Shown: piece by piece, positions 39,080 through 52,073 of the stretch
Layout of the letters: the number at the start of each line of letters is the position of its first letter
Numbering within the stretch: position 1 is the first letter of the stretch
Assembly: GCF_001194135.2 (NCBI RefSeq)
Contig: NC_068987.1
Location: 4,535,266 to 4,599,265 of the forward strand
DNA from: Octopus bimaculoides
Taxonomy: Eukaryota
Direction: 5' to 3'
DNA: 64,000 nt
The notes under the pieces: generated by a model
What the model was told of the DNA's origin: nothing
The model's database searches: none
What the model saw: only the letters and a program-made list of their open reading frames with translations
Made by a program: the position numbers and the translations under genes

Positions 39080-39560
39080 GCCACTGCTGGTTTGCTCAAG
39101 TGGTTACAATGTAGAATATGAACATTCAGGCACACTTGCAATCAACCAGCCAACACATGCATTACAAATACAGTTTGTAAGCAAAACATTACAGAAATGT
39201 ATTTTCATCAAGTGCAAACATAATTGGCCAGACATTGTTATTTGGGACAGACACGAAAAAGTTATGTGCCATCATAGAGATTAGGTGCTCTGCTGATGTG
39301 AATAGCTGTTTGAAAATTTTCTCTTTGAAAATAACTATGGACAACAGCTTTGAAATTTTTAGCTTCTATATCCAGATTATAATTTCACATTTATACCAGT
39401 AAGAATTGGTGCACTTGGTAAATGCCTAAGAGACAATCTGGAAAAGCTAAGGTCTTCAGAAAAAGAAATTAATACAACCAACAAACTCATAATTACAAAT
39501 ACAATCTGTCAGCACAACAGTATAAATATACAAAACTTTTTTTCATGATCACAATGTGAT
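39080..39560 (+). mobile_element. RLE-type (R2/R4/NeSL-like) non-LTR retrotransposon C-terminal fragment
   Basis: CKHNWPDIVIWD (RPDIVI motif) near 39213 and IPVRIGALG...NLEKL near 39393 are restriction-like endonuclease motifs, broken by stops and frameshifts. Confidence 0.7.
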
Positions 39561-40997
39561 ATTGGTTTTGTTACCTACATTTCAATGATGGGGCTAAAAG
39601 CCAGCTGTAAAACTACACCTCAGCTATGTATTTGCCTACCCATGCTAGCATGGAAAAACAGACATAAAACAAATGAAGAAAAAAAACAAACTAATATATA
39701 TACATTATATATATATATATATATATCCAAAAGTATATACTATCTCTCCCTTTCTCTCCCACATTCATACGCCAAAGTAAAGTGTAGAAAAAGATGGTGT
39801 CCATTAAAGTTACTTCCCTTGGAAGCTAACCTCTCCCTTAATAAAAATTGAAGAATTCTTCCAAAATCCTTTGGTAACTTAGGTGAGGCAACTAGATATT
39901 GTGTGAATTTACCAAAAGCCAATATCGTAAATGAGTAGCTAGCATAATGGCAGAAATGTGTAGATTGCTTCGTGGGGGTGAAAGGGTGGCAGAGACAATA
40001 GTTAAGGGGGAGTCTTCCACTAACATTAAAAATGTTTTTTTCAGTCAGACTTGCATGGCAAAACCAACAACTAACACCTCAACAAAGCATCATTTCTGTT
40101 ACACACACAGACACACACACATATACACATAGAAATTAGAATATTGTTTCAATATTGCTCTATATATCCTCAGACTCACACACATACACACACTACGAGT
40201 TTTACCTCAGTACATCTTTTTTGTAAGCAGAGAAACGGACAGCATATGCTTGATTCAGCATGGCGTGTATGTAGGTGTGGTGTGACCGTTGAGTTTATTG
40301 GTTCATTGGAAGTAAAAAAAAAAACCTTCTGGATAGAGACAGAGAGAATCAATGGCTAAGATTCCAAGGAGATGAGATGGTTTAAAAAGTGTCTGTGAAA
40401 TAGCACACATACATGCATACACACCCAAACGTATACACACACACATAAATATATGAACACATATTTATAAACACCCACACATATATATGTATATATAGAT
40501 ATATATATACACATATGTATACACACAGACACACACACATTTCAAAAGTTGACAAGTTCAAAGGAAGCTATGTCTGGCCACTTAGAATAAAGAGCTCAAA
40601 GATAAGTCTGAAAGTGAATAAAATATTTTATCCATAATCCTTAGTCTGACAAAATATATTTTTTATCACTTAAAACTCTTTGATAACTAAACTCATGGAT
40701 CATACACACACACACACCTATACATACATATGCACTCGCATATACACACATAGACATCATCATAGTTCTCATCATCACATACACACAAATACAAATATAT
40801 TCCATTTAATATTTATTCATATAAAAAATCTCAGCGTTTATAATCTACTTCAGATTTCTAAGAATGAAATCTGATTCATAAAGTTGAGAAAGAATGTCTT
40901 GCTATGATGATATGAAGAGAAATATATGCAAATACACCAGACAAGCCATTTCATACTTTAACTCTCAAAATATGGCTTATAAATATGTGCATGTACA

Positions 40998-41037
<40 letters not shown>

Positions 41038-41859
41038 TGGTAAGTTCAATACAAACCTTCCTTACTAACAAAAAACCTCTGGCCCACATTTGTTGAGGAG
41101 GCCAGCAAGTGTGTTACTATTGTTGATATTATTTGATCCCAGATCAACACTGATTATGCAAACCCATCAGGAAAGGCATGCAAGCCTTCAACATTCCTCT
41201 CCCTAATATCTTTTTTGTAATGCATCCTTTCGCTCTTTTTTTTTAAGGTAATATAGTTTGACTTGAGTGAGATTTGGCTGCTATTTCTAGCAGGTACAGC
41301 AACCATAGACTGGTGTAGGTTTTATAAGTGTTTGCATCCTCAATTTGAAGGAGGAAGGAAAGAAGAAAAGAATTGTATTGATCTTCATTCATGCAGTTAA
41401 TGTAAGCATTAGTACTGACCATTTCCATCTGCGTTCTTTTGCCAATTGTAGAAAATTCTAAAACCCACCGTTTTAGATTTAATTAACCAATTTAGGAACA
41501 TTCTATAGACACTAGATGAAGATGTCTTTTATATTTTGTTCAAATCTGGATTCTAAGTTTCAAAGATCTGAGTAAAAAATTAATGTTTCTGATTAGAATT
41601 TTTTTAAATTATATTTTATTTTCAAAAGGTATTTTTACTGTTTTATATATTCAATTCTTAGTTTTTTTTTTCTATATTCAGAGGAATAGAAAATTTTCTT
41701 CTTGTTGTTGTTGTTGGATATCCTTCCTATCACTGATCACCCAACAATAAAGTTGGACCCATTTTGTCACCCAGACATCTTAGGTTGGTTTATGGAATGG
41801 GTCTGCTATAGTTAAAACAAGTAGTTATTTATTTTGCTTAAGGGAGCAATATCAGAAAC

Positions 41860-41990
41860 TATAAAATTATTTGGAAGATACTAGAATACACTAAACCTTA
41901 TAATAAAGATAACCAAGGTTGTGATCTTTGTATTGCAGAAAAAAATAGTTACATATAAATTCTATCTTGAATATCCATTCAGAGCTCATA
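41860..41990 (+). mobile_element. Penelope-like element, GIY-YIG C-terminal fragment
   Basis: WKILEYTKPYNKDNQGCDLCIAEK from 41872 matches the W.IL...PY......C.LC..EK motif. Confidence 0.65.
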
Positions 41991-43881
41991 TTTTTGTCAC
42001 CAAAAATCAAAATATTAGTTGAAGTATTTCAAAATGCCTAATGATTGGACACCAGACAGTCTTGAAAATTTTCTTTTGTTAACTTTTATTTCTCATTCAA
42101 TATTTTTGTTAACATAACTCAGAACTTTTTGTTGGAATAGATAAGACTGCCTTGCATTATGTTTCATATATATCTGTGGTGGTGGATTTCATCTAAGCAT
42201 GCTGGCAATGAATACATGTAACTGATAATACCTGACGAGGCAGAAATGCATCTAATTTTCTCATTTGCCATTCCATCTCCCACAGATATATATGTAATGT
42301 TTTCAGACACAGTGTGCCCATAGGAGATACTTTCTCTGGATGAATACTGCAGTAAACTTTGCCTATCACAATGTAGCTTTTCTTGCATGTAATTATATAT
42401 ATATATATATTCTAGTTTTACTTATATCTATAAAGCAATCAGATTTCGTAGGATTATGAAAAAACAAAGGAGGGTAATCTGGTTTTATGTTGTGGGACTG
42501 GAAGTTCGTTGTTGATTTGGCACAAGTTGTGCAACCCTATTTGAGGTGACTTAAGATTAAAAGAGATCCAGTTTAATACAACAGGAGAAACCCATGTTTG
42601 CCAAATGTTTGCTTACATTAATCTTCTCTGACTAAATTGGTTTGTTAACTGCGACCATACCATCCCTACTGCAGAGCATGTTGTTCTAACATTCGAACAT
42701 CAACCCAAGTGATTTCCCCCACCTTTTTAATCATGGTAGAGAAATTTAATATTTAAATTGAATAGATCAAATAATAGTTCTGTTTTGCATATTAATGAGT
42801 CGATCATTTGCATTCTCCTTCATTATGAATTTTATATAAAAATAAAAATCAAACTGGAAAACTATAATGAAGACACACCAAACATCTCCATTAACATATC
42901 TATAAATACATAAATGTTAACAGGATTTTTTCTACACAGTGTTGCCAACATTGAGGAGAGTACTAAACAGACAGGTGTGTGTATGTGTGTAGACAGTAGT
43001 TCTCATCCAGAGTCCATATGACCCTTAGGGGTTACAATTTATGTGCAATAGATTGGACATACTTCTACTTGGCCAAAAATATTTTAAGAATTGTCTTATA
43101 AAATTCTGAGTAATATCTGGTTTAAAAAATATAATAAGGTCATTTAGACAGGGAATAGCTGTGAGGGGTCATTCTGAGTAAAACAAGAACAAAGAGGCTA
43201 TAGATAAAAAAAAATGATTGAGAAACGATTGCGTAGCATGATGTATTAATAAATTTATATTCTTTGAAGTTTTATAAAAGTATTCATCAATGAATGGTTA
43301 ATATTATTGGGTTTGAGAGAGATGGGGAGGAAGAGGGGAGGGATGGTTTGTGGTTCAAGATTTTCTCAACAGTAATAGTAACTTCAGTGAAGTGAAATTA
43401 CTTCCACTAGGAACAGAGATAAGTCCCTTGACTCAATTTCCTGGGAGCTGAGCTTTCCTCTACAACATTCACCATTAGAGAGTGAGTGTATGTGTACATG
43501 TGTATATGTGTGTGTGTGTCTGCATGTGATTGAGTGATAGAGACAGAGAATGTATGTATATATGTATGTATGTACGTATGTATGTGTGTTTATTATACAC
43601 AAACACAAGGCATCAGTCCTTCCGTGCCAACCCCCGAACCTACAAGAGTCATGAAGCAGAGGGAAAAGATCCAACATCATTCAGTCATGCAGAGAATGAA
43701 TGGAAATATTTAAATATTTAGAAAAAAAAGAGAGAGAGAGAGAGAGAGAGAACAACAACAACACATGCTGCTTGCTTTTGATGAGAGTAAACAGGAAACA
43801 GTGTGACCAGAACAAAATACAGTGAAAACAACATAGTGTGTCTGCAGCAGCCAGAGGGGCTGAACAGATATATGGCAGTAC

Positions 43882-43977
43882 CTTGAGTAGTTTCTTCTTC
43901 TCTGGAGACAGGCCACCCAAACCCTTTCGTTTGCCCTTCTTTTTCTTCTCTTCCTCCTCTAGCCTTCGCCGGGCAGC
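43882..43977 (-). CDS. TnI: Troponin I exon
   Basis: ctctctgcccag|GCT...AAG|gtactg, 96 nt, phase 0-0. Encodes AARRRLEEEEKKKKGKRKGLGGLSPEKKKLLK; the KRKGLGGLSPEKKK motif is characteristic of molluscan TnI. Confidence 0.95.
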
Positions 43978-44623
43978 CTGGGCAGAGAGGTTCTTATGTT
44001 ACACTTAGTAGACAGGTTCACGTTAACAGCGGATCTACTACATTCTGGGTCCCATTAAAGGGATGGGGCAAGAGACCAGACCGGACTGGGCTGGGATGGA
44101 CTGGGCTGGGCAAAGCAGAGTAGAGATGGCAAGGGGGAGAGGCAGTACAGTGAGGCCAGTTACAGAAGATTGATGATTGGCAAAACAAAAATGGATATAT
44201 AAATAAAAAAAAGTGAAAGGGGGGACGAATCATTAATATTTCTACAAAAATTATTGAATGGTATTCAATAGTTTCATGTATGTTGCTCATCAGTTTAAAA
44301 CTTGATGAAGCCATTTTGTCAGGGAAATAATTTATACAATAATCATAACATTTTTTTATGTATTTTTCACTTATAGTTTATGTATGTGTGTGTGTGCATG
44401 CATGTGTGTGCGTGTGTGTGTGTGATTGAGTGATTGATTATGAAAATACTTTGAAAATTATTTACAGCAAAAAAAAAAATGAAGAAATAGGTAAATAAAA
44501 ATAAATTTATCTGGGAAAGAATCCATATTAATTAAACATGTGATTATTATTATTATTACTATTGAATTTCCCTTTCGTCCTGTCCCCAACATTTTCAGCC
44601 CTTCTAGCAAATAGAAGATATTA

Positions 44624-44672
<49 letters not shown>

Positions 44673-44976
44673 GGATGATTATGGAGACATTCCTTCTAAG
44701 ATGTCAACAGTTTTTCCCCAGTCACGGAGAAACCGTTGACATGCATCAGCAGCTCACCAACCTCACAAACAGCTGTGGAGAAAAAACAGTCATCTAGAAT
44801 GGTAAATTGGTAAGAACGGAGAGATTTAAAAGATGCTTTGAGTATTTTTCCAATAAAAGTCAACATTCTGGAAATTCTCTTTGTACTTTATTAAGTAAAG
44901 GGAATTGCAAAAGTTGATCAGATGGGACAAAATGCAAAACGAACAGTGAAACACTTTCATGATGATAATAATGATG

Positions 44977-45040
<64 letters not shown>

Positions 45041-45223
45041 TGGTTTCAAATTTTAGCACAAGGCCAGTAACTTAAATATAGGTGGATATGTCAATCACAT
45101 CAGTCCCACTGTTCAAATAGTGCTTATTTTATCGACCCCTAAGGTCGATCTCAGTGGAATTTGAGCTCAGAACATCAAGAGCACTTAAAGAAATGCTACT
45201 AATGATTCTACCAGCTTGCCACC

Positions 45224-45268
<45 letters not shown>

Positions 45269-48200
45269 TTTATTATATTAATGAATATTTGTTTTGTGGT
45301 ATTGAATTTTTTTTCTGTTGGTGGTTTTTTTTTTATAGATTAATTAATTAATTTTTTTTCTTTTTTTTAATGTCATAGAATTTAATGTAGGCAATATGCC
45401 GTCACACTGGTTCCAGTAATTTAGCCAAAAATTTGCTACAAAAATCAAACAAAAAAAAAATATAAAAGAACTATCTATCATATTACTTGCTACATAGAAA
45501 GATTTCACTAAACTTGGAAAAAGTGGTGGGGAAAAAAACATTGGATAAAAGAAAGAAAAAAAATTTAAAAACAAATTATATTAAAAAATAATTAAAATTA
45601 AAAATGTAATTTCACGGCATCATTCAAAGGTTATATCATTGAGTCTGTGAGAATTGTTTAGATAACTTCAGCCAAATGTCATATCAGCCATTCCTTCATT
45701 TGAAAACCCAGCATGCAGAGCATAGAATACTTTCACACATAGATCTACAGCACAGTTTCCTAATTGGTTTTAACTTATTTTTGGTTCAAACACATTTTTG
45801 CTTTGTTTTTATTATTACTTTTTTTTTTTTTTTACTTTGAACTTTAAAAGTGGAAGAAAGAATCTAAGAATTTATTCAAAAGAGCCATTTATCCCAAAAT
45901 AGAATNNNNNNNNNNNNNNNNNNNNNNNNNNNNNNNNNNNNNNNNNNNNNNNNNNNNNNNNNNNNNNNNNNNNNNNNNNNNNNNNNNNNNNNNNNNNNNN
46001 NNNNNNNNNNNNNNNNNNNNNNNNNNNNNNNNNNNNNNNNNNNNNNNNNNNNNNNNNNNNNNNNNNNNNNNNNNNNNNNNNNNNNNNNNNNNNNNNNNNN
46101 NNNNNNNNNNNNNNNNNNNNNNNNNNNNNNNNNNNNNNNNNNNNNNNNNNNNNNNNNNNNNNNNNNNNNNNNNNNNNNNNNNNNNNNNNNNNNNNNNNNN
46201 NNNNNNNNNNNNNNNNNNNNNNATATATATATATATATATATATACATACATATATATATGTGCGTGTGTGTGAGAGAGAGAGAGCGAGAGATAGAGAGA
46301 AAATAAAGAGAAGAATAAAGAGCCAAAGGATTTAGCTTGAGGTATTTTGTTTCGTATTTTGTTTAAATATAAAATTCTTTGATATATCTGAAATTAGGAG
46401 TTAACAAATCAAGATCAGAAAATTTCTTTTCTGTCATTGTTGAAGGAGTGTATGTCATTTCATTTATTTCTCTTACTTTATGAATTATGAAAAATAAGTT
46501 TTTTTTTAAATACTTCTATATTTACAAATATAATATCTGTAATACTAAAAAATATATTTTACACTTCTTTTTTTTTTTCACTCTAAATTTTTAAATGTCA
46601 AGTTATTTGGTTCCACCATTTCAATATCATTCCATAAAAGAAAACTATTATTGAATATCAGATTAATAGAAAATGTGGAAGGGAATGGAGACTAAGAAGA
46701 TGAGGATAAATAAATAGATCGTTATTACATAATTGAGAAACTGGAAAACAATCAGTATGAGATCAGTGATGGAGTTGAAAAATCTCACAGATAGATAAGA
46801 TAAAATAGGATGGACAGAGTTGTTGTTTGCACCGTTCATAGCACTAGTAAAAGAGTGAAAAAGGTGCTTGGCATATCAAAATGGATCACAGAGCATCAGA
46901 AAGTTTATGCACCATGCTGGAGCTTGGTTTCAAGATACAAGTTTCTATTGTTTATATAAAGTAGTGGTCAGGACATAATCTTACTCTCTCTTATACTTGC
47001 TAGTTAATCCCAAATGCTAGTTAATCCCCAAATGCACTTAATCTTTCTCATTGCTTTTAGTCTCAACCTTTCAAGGAGCATTACCATTTAGACCACAGAC
47101 TCCCCATTTTTTCCAGCACACTTTACACCAAATAAAGATATGAAAATGCTTCAAATGCATTTATGCTTTTATTCTTTTATACATTTCAGTCCTAAGGCTG
47201 TGGCCATGCTGGAGCACTGCCAGTGGAAATTATCTGTCAGATTTCTAGATATTTAAAATATGGAAAATTTATAAGTAAGTCTTTAATCAACTAATGGAGT
47301 TATCAAGACTTTACCATTTTTCTTTAACATGTTTCAGCCATTAAACTGTAGCCATGCTGGGGCACTTCCTCAAGGGTTTAGTTGAACAAATCAATCTCTA
47401 ATACTTATTTTTTAAGCCTGGTACTGATTATATCAGTCTTTTTTGCCATCTGCTAAGTTACAGGCACACAAACAAACCAAAACCAATAGCCAAGTAGTGG
47501 AGGAGACAAACACAAAGATACACACAGACACACGGACACACACACATATCAGGGACTGCCACACAGTTTCCATCTACCAAATTCACTCAAGGCATTGGTC
47601 AACCCAGGGCTACAGTAGAAGACATTTCTCAAAGTTCCGTACAGTGGGGTAGAAACTGAAACCAGCATCTGGACCAGATTGCCGTTGTACGGCTTCTTCC
47701 CCCTTTCTCCCAGTTTTAGAAGATTGCTTCTGTAACTAACACACACACACACATACAAAACCACACACACATAAACAGCTCTATAGAACTTCAACACCAT
47801 GTTGTTTAATTGTCCATCTAAGTACCCACAGTAAATTATTTCTATTAGTCAACATCTTATAAAGTTTCACTAAATGATATTTCATGTAGTCTCTGACAAT
47901 AAGTCACTCCCCAAAAGGGGTTGTATTATTATTATTAATCCTGATACCAGTTGCCCTTGATGATGAACCAGGGCAGACATGGGTCTACATTTAATTTTAA
48001 TAAACTTCTATCTGCTCCTTTCAGTAGTTTTCTCCTAGTAATGACACTGTTCTGGCCACCCCTTACAAAACAGTTAGAAAAGTATTTCTATTGATGCGTT
48101 CAATTCAGTTACTGATAAAGATGACAAGAAATTGTACAATCAGTTCTTCCTCATCAATATTCATATATCTTTACTTTTGCAAAAGGAAGATAATGATATC

Positions 48201-49847
48201 AATGAGGAGATCGTATACATCATTGCATCTGGCCTTATTATGCATTCATGAATTAACCATATTTTCATCTTCGCTAATCTAACATCACACTTTGCTTTTA
48301 CTAACAGAACAAGATATATTTCTAGTCTTTATTTACTTTTAACGAATTAATCTTCTAGTATTTTAACATATTTTTAAACATGATAACTTCCATACAAATA
48401 AGGCCTGTGTAACACATGGTCTACTGAGATTACTTTATATCCCAGAATCATAAAATAATTCTTATTTATGAATTAAGCAACAGCTCATAAAAATAAATGA
48501 AGAAGATGTATATGTATATATAGGATATGTCTTCAATTACTGGATAGGAGCACACATTCTCTTAAAGAAAGATGAGAGGAAAGATAGGCTAAACTGGAAT
48601 ATGTCTGGTGAGAGAAAATGGAGAAAATATGGAGTGGAACTTCAAGTTGAAAGTTGATGTGTGTAAGATAAAATAGATTGAAAATAGCAATATTATGTGA
48701 GTTAAAAAGATTCTTTCTCTTTTCCTCTTCAAACAACAGGATTATGAGTGGGTGGGACATTAATACTTCGTATAAGGAAGGCAAAACAAATATTTGGGTT
48801 CCTATCAGAACCAAAAACACTAGATAGTATCTATGAATTTGTAGAAATTTGCTCTCACACAAAGAAACGAGGAAAACGGTTGATATATGTGAGATACCAT
48901 TTATTTCTGAGAAGATAAATATCAAAGCAATTACGTGTCATGGCAAGCTTGTGTGAAACAAGCTAGTGAGGCAGATAGTTATAGAAGAATAAATATTGGA
49001 AGGTGATTTCTTGGAAAAGAACTTCAAAACAGGCGCTATGAATTTACATAATTGAAATCAATGCTTTGCAATGTATAGAGAAAGTAGTCAAAGAATAATA
49101 CTATAAAATGAAGACCATTCTCAAAGAGTAAATGGAAAGTTTACAAGAATGTCTAAAGACTCTGAGCTATTATTAGAAAGTAGTTCTTTATTACTGTAGC
49201 AATACAAAGAGTGTGAATAGCTTAGATATAAGACATTTGTAGATGAATAACAGAAAGGAATGATAATGTGGAGAGACGAGTTATAGATGCCATACAGCCA
49301 TCAATAATCTTTGAGGAATTTCCTAAACAGTGAGATTTAAATGAATTCTATGGTTTACGAACAAAATTATTATAATGTAAGCACTGGCCAAATAACAAAT
49401 TAATACTTAACTATGTTGGTCAGTTTGTAATATTTAATTTAACTAATTAATTAGCATGGCTGAGTTAATTCAATATTGTAGTTTTGAAGTTAAGATCTAA
49501 ATTATAAAACCCTTTTAAATTTCCCTTAAACCTGTTGGTGGGACTTAATAAACAAATATTCTATATTGAGTCAATATAGAATGGTCAACTTTTGGTTTTA
49601 CTCCCAACTACACAAAATGTGAGCAGATGGAGAAATTAAGTAACGTGATAATCAGCTTTACTGATGTCTATTTTATTTATTAATGATTTGATGCAGACCA
49701 AAGAATTTATCATTAGCAATATTTTAATTACCACATCTGATGGGATAAAAGACACATGAGCATATTAGATACATCCCAATTCCAATAACGCATATGCAGG
49801 AAACAAACTTTTTAGAGTGTTACCATATGTAATATAGACCTAACTTT

Positions 49848-50095
49848 AAGGTGGTGAGCTGGCAGAATCATAAGAATGCTGAACGAAATGCTTAGCGGTA
49901 TTTCATCTGTCTTTTCATTCTGAGTTCAAATTCCGCTGAGGTTGACTTTGCCTTTCATCCTTTCGGGGTTGATAAATTAAGTACTAGTTGCGTACTGGGG
50001 TTGATAAATTAAGTACTAGTTGTGTACTGGGGTCGATCTAATCAACTAACCCCCTCCCCAAAAATTTCAGTCTTTATGCCTGGAGTAGAAAACAA
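49848..50095 (+). mobile_element. Family A SINE, near full length, with an internal duplication of about 35 nt
   Basis: ggggttgataaattaagtactagttg(c/t)gtact is repeated twice. Confidence 0.8.
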
Positions 50096-52040
50096 TATAA
50101 GCCTAATTTTGCATATAGGACCCAGGGTGAATTTTTGAGGCATTTTTTTTCGTTTTTTGAAGAAAATGTGTCTTATATGCCATCAAATATGGTAATAAAA
50201 ATCAATTGGTACTTGTTTAGTAAAGTTATTTAACCTCTTCAGAAAGAACATTATAACTGATCTGCTGTGATATTCTATCATATGAGGAATCATTAAGAAA
50301 GTGTGGTGAATTTAGTGAAGATAGTCTCTAGAGTTCTTGCAATCATCAGGCTACCATCAATTAAAGTTAATAAAATGGGTTTTGGTCTTGCATCCCCAAC
50401 TCCCTTGAAATCTACCATGTTGTACCCACTTCTTTAATTCTCATCTCCCTACCATATATATATATATATATATATATATACCCTGATGTACCATTATATA
50501 CAATACTTCGATTTTAGTCACCGCTGTTCTGGATGAACACTCTTCAGTTTCCAGGTATTCTCACGACACAATAACCTTTGCCTCTCAAAGTTTGGCCTTA
50601 AATACATCAGTCTCACCTCATCTTCCGATCTGAGAGGGCTACCACAGGGTCTGAGCAGTGCCTTTCTGCTTCAATCAATAATGACTTAGGAAAATAAAAG
50701 AACAGTTCTAGTCACACTTTGTATATACCATTTCGATGCAATGTTAAGAAGACATGTCTCAAAAAGGCACACCAAGAAATCCAGATAACAGCAAAAAAAA
50801 AAAGAAAAAGGCAACAAAAACGGTAAAAGAGTATGAAAAAGGAATAAAGGAAAAGAGAATAAAGATAATTAGAGACAAAATTTGAACTACACTAAATTAG
50901 TTGTTTGAAATCAGTGAGAAAAAGAGAGAGAAAGAGGGGAGAGGAGAGAGGAGGATGTTAAGACAAACCTAAAGCTGAACAATACTTCTATTACAAAGTT
51001 AGATCTAAATCAACAAATAAGTAAATGCAACAATAAGTTTTCTATGTCATTCTATCATTCGATAATGCAATTGAAGCTACTAAACTCGTTGCCACACGCA
51101 CAGACAGACACCTGATACACATCGACTCACAATCGTTGGATAAATAAAAGAAAAACATGCAGTTCTATCTACTAAGACACACTGGAAGATCATTACTCAC
51201 AATTCAAAATGTTTTTTTAAAAAAAAGGTCAAAGCAGAAAGGAGAGATTGCTTCACCAAGTTAATAAATATTATGAAATGCTATTTTTTTTTTAAAATAC
51301 AAAATAAAATATTAACAGCTTATAGTGCAATTGAGATGGCCGAGACAGCAAAAAAAAACAGTGGGTTGAATGCTTTACTACATCTAATTTAGCAACTTTA
51401 CTACTCAGAGTTTGCAACTGCCAAGATTACTTTCCATTCCATTTTAGCCAATATATTGAGAGATGATCAATGTGAACTCCATCAAAGCTGAGACTACTCT
51501 TGGTTGAGTTATATCACCATTCCATTTTCCTTTCCCTAAACTTAATTAGGGATAGTTATCTGTGAACGAATACCTCTGATTATAAAATATTCAAAGAATT
51601 CGCCATCAAGTTTCATCCAGTCACTTCAACACATTCTCTAAAAGAAGAAGGACTTGGGTTGAACCAAAATATTTCAAAGTCCACACTTTGGCACAAATAT
51701 ATTTCTTCTTATACTTTATTTCCAAAACTGGAAAATTCACCACCTTTTTTATATATTTCCAACAGGAATGGTTCTGTCATTTTTACAGCCAGTTATTTTT
51801 TTACTTAATTCTGCTTACTTGACCAGGAAACATTGGAACTGATTAGAAACACAAAATGGATCAACATAGTTCTTCCTTGTAAAAAATTCCACCCCCAATG
51901 AACTAGTAACAGCACCAGAGTTGTTACTTTTGAGATCTGAATTATCCAGCATTATTGTTATTTGGTGGATTGGAATAATACTGAGATGGCTTGGAATCGG
52001 GATTGCCAACCATATTTTATATTTGGAGTCTAACTAAAGG

Positions 52041-52073
<33 letters not shown>

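Noticed and set aside
42232-42388. - strand ATG ORF ending at a phase-1 donor (also 157 nt)
   Set aside because: No similarity to TnI, weak donor (gtatta) and no in-frame acceptor; the length match is coincidental.
51815-52009. - strand ORF ending YVDPFCVSNQFQCFLVK
   Set aside because: Begins next to a SINE, has no convincing family motif and no in-frame splice partners in TnI.
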